Shown here one piece after another: positions 54,943 through 63,740 of a DNA stretch of 64,000 nt (positions are counted from its first letter, which is position 1; the number at the start of each line of letters is the position of its first letter). Origin of the DNA: Planctomycetota bacterium. GTDB taxonomy: Bacteria; Planctomycetota; Phycisphaerae; WQYP01. The position numbers were made by a program, and so were the translations under genes. The notes under the pieces were generated by a model. The model was given only the letters and a program-made list of their open reading frames with translations, was not told the origin of the DNA and ran no database searches. The stretch covers positions 17,410-81,409 of the forward strand of contig JAKAVA010000045.1 in NCBI GenBank assembly GCA_021827645.1, given 5' to 3'.

Positions 54943-57249
54943 TTACGCCCTCTTCAATATTGGCTTTTCGGTGTTGTACGCAATTCTCGGGTGATGCACT
55001 CCCGCCAGCGACCGAACCAGCGATTGCTCGATGGTGTTCAGATCCGTCAATGTCAGGCCGGATTGACTGAACTGCTCATCGAGCAGGCGCCGACGAATGA
55101 GTTCGTGCACAGCTCCCTCAATGCGGGCTGGAGTCGGGTCGGAAAGGGATCGCACCATCGATTCACAACCGTCGCAGATCATCAAAATGGCGGTTTCGCG
55201 GCTCTGCGGCTTGGGACCGGGATAGCGGTACTGCGAATCTTCAATGGGAGAGCTGTCCGCTCCGACCAGCGCATCGCGTGCCTGGCGCTGGCGTGCCGCC
55301 TGAAAAAAATATTCCACCACGGTGGTGCCGTGATGTTCCGCGATAAACCTGCGGATGCTTTTGGGCAGATGATACTCACTGGCCAGTTCCAGCCCGTCTT
55401 TGACATGGCCAACGACGATGAGCAGGCTCATGGCGGGTGAGAGTTTTTCGTGTCGATTCCCTCCGCCACCCCCCGTATTTTCAACGAAATAGCCCGGTTT
55501 GAGCATTTTTCCAATATCGTGGTAATACGCGCCGACACGGCACAGAAGCGGATCCGCCCCGATACTCCGGGCAGCCGATTCCGCAAGCGTTCCCAAAATC
55601 AGGGAATGGCTGAAGGTGCCGGGGGCTTCAATCGCCAGCCGCCGCAGCAGTGGGCGGTTCGTATCCGAGAGTTCCAGCAGGGTCATCGCCGTAGTGATGC
55701 CGAACAGCCGCTCAATCACCGGCAAAAGCAGCAGCAGAACGAAAATGCTCAGCAGCGCCGCACCCGCCGCCATGGCGATGTTATGAAGCGGCGACATCCA
55801 ACTCGGTTCGGCGTGCAGCCAGAACCACTGCAGCGGCAGGAGCCGATCCGCTCCGGTTCGCGCCAAACCGAAGGCCAGCAGGGTGGCGCCGGCGGCGGCT
55901 GCATCGAGCAGCCCGACGCGAATCACCTGCGTCCTGGTGCGTATCTGTTCCAGCGAAAATATCAGAACCATCGTGGATATCAGCGCGGTTAGCAGAAAGC
56001 TGAGTTGCAGCCCGCCCATGACGGTCACGATCACAATGCAGAATGCCGCCGCCCCCAGGGCGAAACGCTTCCCGTAGACCGTGACCAGAATCGTCGCCCC
56101 CAGCAGAATCGGGGAGAGCCCCAGCAGGTAAATCCAATCCCCGAGGCCCACAGCCATCAGAATCCGAGTGATGAGGAGACAGACGATGATCAGCAGGCTC
56201 GGAAACCACGACGCCCTTTGCCTCGCTTCATCCTGGCGCGTGATGAGAAACAGCCCCCAAAGCAAACCGAGGATCGACGCCATCACCGCCATCCCGAGAA
56301 TGCCCTCCAACGATGCCCACGGATGGGCAATTTGAATCTTATGCCGATACGCCTGATAGGCGGCCAGAATGGCCTCGCGGTCGGAGGAGTGGATCATTTT
56401 TCCCGCCGAGGCCAAAATCTGTCCCCGATGCACGGTGGTAATGACCTTTTTAACCGCCGCCGCATTGGCGAGGCGCGCCTGCTGAGTTGCCGCCTTATCG
56501 AGCGTAAAGATTGGCGAACCGACCGACCCCAGATATCCGATCAGGGTTGACCACATCGGTTCCGGAAATGATCGTTCAACCAGCGACCGATATCCCTGCC
56601 CATGCTTTCCCAGAGCCCGAAGCCGACTCATCGGCAGTTTCCAATAACCGTCGCTGCTCTTTATCCCCTTGGGCGCCATGACATGATCGGCCGCCGTTCG
56701 GGCAATAAGTTTCCATGTCTGAGCGTCCACCACGGGATGGGATCGCAGCAGATGATCCAGCAGTCGCACACGGGTCATGTACGCCGAAAACTGATTCTGC
56801 GCCACAATCTCATGCAGCCACGCCAGTGCTCCCGGCGTCATGTCGGCAAACCGCTTTTGTATGGGTGCCGGCAGTTGCGCGATTTTTTTCACATCCGCCA
56901 CATCGTACGGCAGGTTCATCAGCTGGGCCTTGATCAGCGCCAGAACCTGACCGCGGTGGGCCAATTGAAGTACCGGACTGGTCGCATCCATCGCCTGTTG
57001 CCGCTTGGCGGTGTAAGCGGCCGGATTCACGACGCCAAAGGTCACCGGCGAGACGATCGTCACGGGCGCCCGACCATAAAGCCACGATGGCGTGGCGATT
57101 GGAATGCGGGTAATGGCCACCATCATGACGGCAAACGCCAGTACGCCGAGCGAAAATCGCAGTCGCCCCGGCTGCAACCAGAATCGAGGCTCTCCGGCAT
57201 CATCCGCTACCGCCTGGCGACGGGTATTTTTCTTCTTCCACATAGGCAT
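54943..57249 (-). CDS. 7TM-receptor HD-domain phosphohydrolase (PgpH/YqfF-like)
   Basis: Large N-terminal extracytoplasmic region, seven TM helices, then an HD domain (GTFSHSLILGTLAESAA...VGAYYHDIGKMLKPGYFVEN...IVVGHVKDG). Confidence 0.88.
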   Translation of the reverse strand: MPMWKKKNTRRQAVADDAGEPRFWLQPGRLRFSLGVLAFAVMMVAITRIPIATPSWLYGRAPVTIVSPVTFGVVNPAAYTAKRQQAMDATSPVLQLAHRGQVLALIKAQLMNLPYDVADVKKIAQLPAPIQKRFADMTPGALAWLHEIVAQNQFSAYMTRVRLLDHLLRSHPVVDAQTWKLIARTAADHVMAPKGIKSSDGYWKLPMSRLRALGKHGQGYRSLVERSFPEPMWSTLIGYLGSVGSPIFTLDKAATQQARLANAAAVKKVITTVHRGQILASAGKMIHSSDREAILAAYQAYRHKIQIAHPWASLEGILGMAVMASILGLLWGLFLITRQDEARQRASWFPSLLIIVCLLITRILMAVGLGDWIYLLGLSPILLGATILVTVYGKRFALGAAAFCIVIVTVMGGLQLSFLLTALISTMVLIFSLEQIRTRTQVIRVGLLDAAAAGATLLAFGLARTGADRLLPLQWFWLHAEPSWMSPLHNIAMAAGAALLSIFVLLLLLPVIERLFGITTAMTLLELSDTNRPLLRRLAIEAPGTFSHSLILGTLAESAARSIGADPLLCRVGAYYHDIGKMLKPGYFVENTGGGGGNRHEKLSPAMSLLIVVGHVKDGLELASEYHLPKSIRRFIAEHHGTTVVEYFFQAARQRQARDALVGADSSPIEDSQYRYPGPKPQSRETAILMICDGCESMVRSLSDPTPARIEGAVHELIRRRLLDEQFSQSGLTLTDLNTIEQSLVRSLAGVHHPRIAYNTEKPILKRA

Positions 57250-57589
57250 TCAGACCACGCCGACCGGGCGATTCAACAGACCCAGCGACGCATCATCCAC
57301 AAACTCCGAACCCACTCAATCCCAACCAACAAATGTTAACCATTTTATCGGATGGATTAAATAGGGAGATGGTCAAAACATTCGCTTTTATGAATTAAAT
57401 TTGATTTTGGCGGTTTTTTCAAAAAAATCATCAAAATTCATGCCATTTACCGATTTATACTTTTATGCGAATTATATTTTCGCGTATAGAGCAATTTACG
57501 CTTCGCACCAACCGAGATTTGATTGCAGGCTCGCGATAAGACGTCATCCGCTCTCTTTTCACGTGTCCTATATGAGTTAGGCGGAGGGA

Positions 57590-58459
57590 TCAGATCCGCG
57601 AAAGTTTTTTGCCACGAACTGCGAAACGGACCGCCGCGCTGAAGACGAGGATCATTGCGACGAGTACCAGCACCGCCGTCCACGCCTGATGTCGCCAAGC
57701 CGGTTCCGCAGACTGCGAATAATTGAATATCTGGATGGTTAGCGACGGATACGGCTTATTGGGGTTGTAAACCTCATTGCTGTTGCCCAATGCCGTGAAA
57801 AGCAGAGGTGCCGTTTCACCCGCTACTCGGGCGACGGCCAGCAGGATGCCGGTCGCAATACCAGATTTAGCGGCTGGCAGAACAACTCGCAACAGCGTCT
57901 GTGCCTTTGAGGCGCCGAGGCCGGCGGAAGCTTCACGAATGGTTGCAGGCACAAGGCGGAGCATTTCCTCCGTGGCACGAGCCACGATCGGAATCATGAT
58001 GAGCGCCAAGGCGATGGCACCGGCCCACCCGGAGAAATGCTTCTGGGGGACAACAATCAGTTCGTAACAGACGACGCCGAGGATAATGGTTGGAGTACCC
58101 GCAAGCACGTCCATGATTAACCTGATCGCGAGCGTGAACCAACCCTTGCCTGCGTATTCATTGAGGTAAATGCCGCAGAGCATTCCCAGCGGAACGCCAA
58201 AAAGCCCGGCCAGCCCCACCAGAATGCCCGTGCCGACAATGCAGTTTCGCATGCCCATGGGTGTTTCCAGCGGCAAATTGGTGAAAAACGCGAGGTCCAT
58301 GGAACCGATGCCCTTGATCACCATGTAACTGACAATAAAAAACAGCATCACGAGCGCCGCCATGGCGGCCAAGGTGCACGCGAAGGCCAATATCCTGCTG
58401 GCAACGCGGCGGAAAGAACGTCGGGATTGGAATGGAAATGGTTCTTTTGTCTCAGACAT
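57590..58459 (-). CDS. pstA: phosphate ABC transporter permease PstA
   Basis: 289 aa, six TM. EAA-type loop region IREASAGLGASKAQTLLRVVLPAAKSGI. Last gene after pstC. Confidence 0.9.
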   Translation of the reverse strand: MSETKEPFPFQSRRSFRRVASRILAFACTLAAMAALVMLFFIVSYMVIKGIGSMDLAFFTNLPLETPMGMRNCIVGTGILVGLAGLFGVPLGMLCGIYLNEYAGKGWFTLAIRLIMDVLAGTPTIILGVVCYELIVVPQKHFSGWAGAIALALIMIPIVARATEEMLRLVPATIREASAGLGASKAQTLLRVVLPAAKSGIATGILLAVARVAGETAPLLFTALGNSNEVYNPNKPYPSLTIQIFNYSQSAEPAWRHQAWTAVLVLVAMILVFSAAVRFAVRGKKLSRI

Positions 58460-58503
58460 ATATTAGTCCTTTGCGTCTACTGTTCTGAGTTCGTTCCGCG
58501 GCG

Positions 58504-59547
58504 CTATCGCCCGCGATTAATTCCACTGAGCAATCCGCGTGCAAGCAGATTGGTCACCAAAGTGCTGACCATGAGCACCAGCGCCACATAAAACATTGCA
58601 CTGAGGTAGATGGGGTGATCGGCCTCGAGAAATTCATTGGCCAGTACTCCCGACATGGTCTGACCACCGGCAAACAAGCTCGCCCTTATCTGATCGGTGT
58701 TGCCGATGACCATGATGACGGCCATCGTTTCACCTATGGCGCGCGCCATGCCGAGCACGACCGCACCAAAAATGCCGACACGGCAATAATGAAGTGCCAG
58801 CCGCGTGGTCTGCCACCACGTTGCACCGAGTCCTCGGGCACCTTGTTCGAGTTCCGCCGGAAATTGTTGCAGCACATCGCGCGTAATGGCAGTAATAATC
58901 GGCAGGATCATGATGGTGAGAATCAATCCACCCGCGAGAAAGTCGCTGCCCGAGGGGCCACCGTGCACAAGATTGGCAGGAAACCACGCGCGATGGTGGT
59001 TTGGATATTCGCCCACGCAGATGAGCTTGATGTGCCGCAGGGCATGATAAAGCCAGTTTTCGCCATAATTCTGCAGCCACGGCGACATGACAAACGCTCC
59101 CCAGAGGCCGTATGCGACGCTCGGAATGGCGGCGAGCACCTCGATCAGGAATGACACCGGGCCGGCGAGAAACGGAGGCGCGATGCGCGTAATAAACACG
59201 GCGGAGCCGATGCTCAGCGGCACGCCGAAGATGAGTGCGATCAGCGTCGTCAATCCAGTGCCATACATGAAAGCCAGGACGCCGAATTTATTGGTGACCG
59301 GGTTCCACGCCTGCGTGGTGAAAAAGTGCCAGTTGATGGTGGTCAGCGCCATCCAGGCACCATGCGTCAGCACGGCGAAGATCGATGTGAGGATCACAAT
59401 GGTTGTCAACACGCCCGCAAGGCTTACACCGTAAACGGCGCGATCCAGATAGCGCCGGTAAACGCGGCGGGCACCGCCCCCCGAGTCGCTGCGGGGTCCG
59501 GTGTGTAAATGCCTTATACTCATGAATCCGCCATTCTCCGTCCACAA
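58504..59547 (-). CDS. pstC: phosphate ABC transporter permease PstC
   Basis: 347 aa. LEQGARGLGATWWQTTRLALHYCRVGIFGAVVLGMARAIGETMAV is typical of PstC. Lies between pstS and pstA. Confidence 0.9.
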   Translation of the reverse strand: MWTENGGFMSIRHLHTGPRSDSGGGARRVYRRYLDRAVYGVSLAGVLTTIVILTSIFAVLTHGAWMALTTINWHFFTTQAWNPVTNKFGVLAFMYGTGLTTLIALIFGVPLSIGSAVFITRIAPPFLAGPVSFLIEVLAAIPSVAYGLWGAFVMSPWLQNYGENWLYHALRHIKLICVGEYPNHHRAWFPANLVHGGPSGSDFLAGGLILTIMILPIITAITRDVLQQFPAELEQGARGLGATWWQTTRLALHYCRVGIFGAVVLGMARAIGETMAVIMVIGNTDQIRASLFAGGQTMSGVLANEFLEADHPIYLSAMFYVALVLMVSTLVTNLLARGLLSGINRGR

Positions 59548-59642
59548 ATATTAATAAGGGTTCCCAGCCCCAACAGGCCGGGAACCCCAGTTTCCTCAAA
59601 AGCACGTCCGTCTAGCACCTGGGTGCCGCGGATACGTCCGGC

Positions 59643-60716
59643 TCAATTCTTGTCCATCATGGCCATCAGGTTGTGGCCATGCCAAGTTGCCTTGTGCAGC
59701 TGTCCGAGCACTTTATGCCGCATCAGGGAGCCGAGCTTGATGTACTGCATGGAGGCAGCGTATTTCTGACCGGTGGTGAGGATCCAGTGAATAAAGCGGA
59801 CCGTGGCGATCGCCTTGGCCTTGCTCATATACCCCATGTGCTTGTCGATGATGAGGTAGGTAAAGCCTGAGATCGGATACGCCTTCTTCCCGGACGGATT
59901 AATAATCGGCAGGCGGAAATCAGCCGGCAGGTTGGCGACAACCGCCTTCTGCGCGGCGATCACGCCGGGGATCGACGGACGGATCTTATAGCCGTCGCGA
60001 TTGATCAGCGTCGCGGTGGGGAAGTGGCCATTGATGGCGTAAGCGTATTCAAGATATCCGAGGCCGCCAACGGTCTTGTCGATAAGCGCCGCAACACCCG
60101 GATTTCCCTTGCCACCGCGCCCCACTGGCCAGCTCACAGACGTAGCCTGGCCGACCTGCGACTTCCATGAGGGACTCACTTTGCAGAGGTAACCGGTAAA
60201 GATGTAGGTGGTACCCGATCCATCGGAGCGGTGAGCCACGAGGATGTGCAGATGCGGCAGTTTCACGCCGGGGTTGAGTTTCTGAATTGCTGCGTTGTCC
60301 CAATGCGTGATGCGGCCAAGGTAGATATTGGCGATGAGCTTTCCATTCATCACCAGAGGTTTGTGAACCATCGGGAGGTTGTAGCTCATGACTTCAGGAC
60401 CGGCGACTTCCGGCATATGGAGAACCGAACCGCCGGCGGCTCTGATCTGTGAATTGGTCATCGCAGCATCCGATCCGCAAAAATTGATCGTCTTGCTGAT
60501 GAGACCGTTGATGCCTCCGCCCGAACCGATGGCCTCATAATCCACCTTGATATTGGGATGGCTGGCTTCAAAAAGCTTGATCCACTTGTACATGATGGGA
60601 GCAACAAAGGTCGAACCGGCGCCCTGAATTTCAACCGCGCGGGCGGCATGCGCCGCTCCGAGCGTGACAGCGGCGGCCAGAGACGCCATGATTGCCTGTT
60701 TCCATGATTTCTGCAT
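59643..60716 (-). CDS. pstS: phosphate-binding protein PstS
   Basis: ATG 60716 behind AAGGAG. Signal peptide MQKSWKQAIMASLAAAVTLGAAHAARA. IQGAGSTFVAPIMYKW, GSGGG, HRSDGSGTTYIFT. The track ORF extends to 60806. Confidence 0.92.
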   Translation of the reverse strand: MQKSWKQAIMASLAAAVTLGAAHAARAVEIQGAGSTFVAPIMYKWIKLFEASHPNIKVDYEAIGSGGGINGLISKTINFCGSDAAMTNSQIRAAGGSVLHMPEVAGPEVMSYNLPMVHKPLVMNGKLIANIYLGRITHWDNAAIQKLNPGVKLPHLHILVAHRSDGSGTTYIFTGYLCKVSPSWKSQVGQATSVSWPVGRGGKGNPGVAALIDKTVGGLGYLEYAYAINGHFPTATLINRDGYKIRPSIPGVIAAQKAVVANLPADFRLPIINPSGKKAYPISGFTYLIIDKHMGYMSKAKAIATVRFIHWILTTGQKYAASMQYIKLGSLMRHKVLGQLHKATWHGHNLMAMMDKN

Positions 60717-61019
60717 ATTCTTCTCCTTATGCATCCTTTGCCCTGCGACCATGCGGCTGCACCGAAACATTCGGCCGATAACCCGCACGCCCATAACCAT
60801 GAACATGACAACATAGATAAATAAAAATCGTGTTACGTTAGCGTGAGTTATTCGTTAACAATAACACGGTCGTCCAGACTGAAATGTGGCCGGTACACGG
60901 TTGGAGAAGATGAAGCGCGTGGGGCGGCACCGCCCTGGCGGAGCGAGGGAAAACGGTGAAATGCTGTTGACAATGGCTCGCGCAGGCCGATCCTGTCGAT
61001 TCAGTCGACGTCAGTACGA

Positions 61020-61883
61020 TCAGCCAAATTGACCCGTTACATATGCCAGGGTCTGCGAATGAATGGGCTTGCTGAACATCCGATCCGTCGGGCCCACCTC
61101 AACCAGATTGCCCATGAAGAAAAAGGCCGTCTGATCGGCCACGCGCATCGCCTGGTGCATATTATGGGTGACCACCACCACCGTCATCGAGCGGCTCAAT
61201 TCACCGATCAGGCCCTCAATGATCTTGGTGGAGATCGGATCAAGTGCAGAACAGGGCTCATCCATCAGCAACACATCGGGATCAATCGCGATGGCGCGGG
61301 CAATGCATAGACGCTGCTGCTGGCCGCCGGAAAGAGACAACGCCGACGCGTGGAGCCGATCTTTCACCTCATCCCACAGACCCGCCATGCGGAGCGACAT
61401 TTCAACCTTGTCCTGAATATTGGTCCTGCCCCGCATGCCGTGGATGCGCAGCGGGTAAGCCACATTCTCATAGACGGACTTCGGAAACGGATTGGGTTTC
61501 TGAAATACCATGGCGGTGCGTTTGCGGAGTTCCATCACATCGGTGCGGCGATCATAGATGTCGGCGCCGTGAATCTTAATGGTCCCGCGCACCCGGCATC
61601 CACGTATTAAATCGTTCATACGATTCAGGCATCGAAGGATGGTGGATTTTCCGCAGCCGGAGGGACCGATGAATGCCGTAACCTGCCGGCCCGCCACGTC
61701 GAGATCCACGCCGTGAACCGCCCGGCCGCGCCCGTAGTAAACTTCCAGACCCCTCAACTCAATGGCCGGCTTCCTGGTTGCTTCTGCGGCCTCGGTATGC
61801 CGAACATCGCCGGGATTCGCCGCTCGGTTTCCACTGTTCTGCCTGTCCGCAGCTTCTTTATCCATACCTGTTTCCATTTCCAT
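61020..61883 (-). CDS. pstB: phosphate ABC transporter ATP-binding protein PstB (with ~45-aa N-terminal extension)
   Basis: [64 protein letters not shown]. Confidence 0.93.
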   Translation of the reverse strand: MEMETGMDKEAADRQNSGNRAANPGDVRHTEAAEATRKPAIELRGLEVYYGRGRAVHGVDLDVAGRQVTAFIGPSGCGKSTILRCLNRMNDLIRGCRVRGTIKIHGADIYDRRTDVMELRKRTAMVFQKPNPFPKSVYENVAYPLRIHGMRGRTNIQDKVEMSLRMAGLWDEVKDRLHASALSLSGGQQQRLCIARAIAIDPDVLLMDEPCSALDPISTKIIEGLIGELSRSMTVVVVTHNMHQAMRVADQTAFFFMGNLVEVGPTDRMFSKPIHSQTLAYVTGQFG

Positions 61884-62131
61884 ATTCCACTTATCTGGCT
61901 TTCACCCATACCAACACGGTATCAGACCACCTGCGTGCCTCGCTTTCATCCTCGCGAGTTTAGCCGCCGAACAATGGGCGATGCAACGGAAATCCGCGTA
62001 ACGGACCATATTTAACCAATCTCTATCGCTGTTTTAACATCTACTTAGCGCAATCTTCATAATTCGACGCGATCTACCCGCTTCACCCATGCCGGGCCGT
62101 AAAACAACCTGCAGCCAGTTCCTTCCACTGT

Positions 62132-62160
62132 TTAATATTTCAGCCAACACGCCCATAACA
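62132..62160. repeat. copy A of a bipartite 29-bp element TTAATATTTCA-N10-CCATAACA
   Basis: Plus strand: TTAATATTTCAgccaacacgcCCATAACA. Both arms and several spacer positions are identical to copy B, 261 bp to the right. Confidence 0.6.
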
Positions 62161-62392
62161 GCGTCACATTTGGAATTCTTGCCGGAACAATAACCCGCTG
62201 GACGCGGGAAAGTTGCCGCGATGCACCGTTGCCGCACCATCGGCAGCCAGTATGCCCCACGCTCGATTGCTCGCACCTCACCGGTACGTCCCGCGTGGAC
62301 AGGTGAGCCAGCAGGGCGCCTCGCTGTGTGGGCCGGGATTCGCTCCTCTCCGCAGCAATGGCCGCAGGGGTTTTTACCCTTGATTTCTGCAG

Positions 62393-62421
62393 TTAATATT
62401 TCATCGCATGCGACCATAACA
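62393..62421. repeat. copy B of the bipartite element TTAATATTTCA-N10-CCATAACA
   Basis: Plus strand: TTAATATTTCAtcgcatgcgaCCATAACA. Same arm spacing (21 nt) as copy A. Confidence 0.6.
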
Positions 62422-62597
62422 CGGCCTCAATGAGCAAATGATTTTGATGGACTATACCCATTGGACCACCGGGCCCCGGCAAGGTGCTGGATTCAAACCG
62501 GCGAAACTGGGCCTCAGTTATCGGCCGTTGATGAAAGTTAGCGGTTCCGCGAAACGGAGTTAAAATACAATCCGGATAAGGAGGCGGAAAACCAAAC

Positions 62598-63740
62598 ATG
62601 ATTAAACGATGCCGGGTGCAGAACTTCAAGAGTATTGTGGATGTTGAAGTCCGACTTTCACCGGTGACGGTGCTGGCGGGTGTCTCCGGCGCGGGAAAAT
62701 CGAGCTTTTTGGAATCGTTTGATCTGCTGCGTTATCTCATCACCGGTGAGCCGGCTCCATGGTTTAACGGCGTAACGCCGAATGCGACTCTATTAAGGCC
62801 GGGAGGTGGCACCGCCAATGAGGCGTTCAGAAGCCGATTTGATCTGAGTTTCGATGCTCCGGGGGCGAATCGTCAACTCACCTACAATCTCGAAGTGGGA
62901 TTTCATCATAATGCGGTTGAACCGGTTGCTGAACTGTTGAAGTTGTCGGGAGACGTTAAGCCCATCTTCGCGTGGCGCGATGGGAAGTGGTCGCACCAAC
63001 CGAAACTCGACGGCGTGAACCCGCAAAACCACCCATCCAAACTGCGTTGGCTTACCCCGCTTGAAGATGCCAATATCGCCTACCTGACGCTCGGACGTGG
63101 CGTGTCGCTCTATGAATTTCCACCCGCAGTATTAACACAAACCCGAAGCCAACGAGGGGACAATGCCCTGATGCGTGACGGCTCCAATGCGGGGGAGGTG
63201 CTCAGGGGAATCATGGAAAATTTGAATACGCTCCCGCGCTGGCGCTGCATCGAAGGCACTGTCACCAAATGGTTCCCTCGAATTCAATCAATAGCACGCG
63301 ATCCGCACCGCAATAATGAGCTGGCGGTTCTTGTCTGTTTCAATGAATCCACCACCCATCTTTCGCTGAGTCAGCAATCGGTCGGATTCAGGCGCATATT
63401 GGCACATCTCCTCGCCATCTATCAGGCCACCACGCCGCCGATGGTGATATTTGACGAACCGGATAACGGCATTTCCGCAGATTTACTTCCCATGCTGGCC
63501 GAGCACATGCTGGCGGCCGCGAAGGAACTGGGCACACAGTTTTTAATCACCACACATAACCCCGAGTTGGTACGCGGTTTCCCCGCCGAAGCGATTCGCT
63601 GGGTACAGATGACCAGTAAGGGGACGCGGATTCTGCCGATTACCGATGGCGACATGCCTGAGTTGATGGCGGAGCTCGGCGGAGGCTCTTTCGAAGGTTC
63701 CGAATCGGACGCCCATGTTCAACCATCCGATGGTTCGTGA
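62598..63740 (+). CDS. ABC/SMC-like AAA ATPase (AAA_21/AAA_15-type, OLD/RecF-like N-terminal ATPase without nuclease domain)
   Basis: MIKRCRVQNFKSIVDVEVRLSPVTVLAGVSGAGKSSFLESF (Walker A), LSLSQQSVGFRR (signature-like), MVIFDEPDNGISAD (Walker B), FLITTHNPELV (H-loop). AAGGAGG at 62578..62584. Confidence 0.8.
   Translation: MIKRCRVQNFKSIVDVEVRLSPVTVLAGVSGAGKSSFLESFDLLRYLITGEPAPWFNGVTPNATLLRPGGGTANEAFRSRFDLSFDAPGANRQLTYNLEVGFHHNAVEPVAELLKLSGDVKPIFAWRDGKWSHQPKLDGVNPQNHPSKLRWLTPLEDANIAYLTLGRGVSLYEFPPAVLTQTRSQRGDNALMRDGSNAGEVLRGIMENLNTLPRWRCIEGTVTKWFPRIQSIARDPHRNNELAVLVCFNESTTHLSLSQQSVGFRRILAHLLAIYQATTPPMVIFDEPDNGISADLLPMLAEHMLAAAKELGTQFLITTHNPELVRGFPAEAIRWVQMTSKGTRILPITDGDMPELMAELGGGSFEGSESDAHVQPSDGS

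Noticed and set aside
54364-55440. 358-aa plus-strand ORF.
   Set aside because: Antisense to corC-like/ybeY/7TM-HD genes, all of which have clear family motifs.
62486-62502. GCTGG-ATTCAAA-CCGGC hairpin resembling a tRNA T-arm.
   Set aside because: No matching acceptor stem, D-arm or anticodon arm in either orientation, and the loop does not fit TTCRANY in register.
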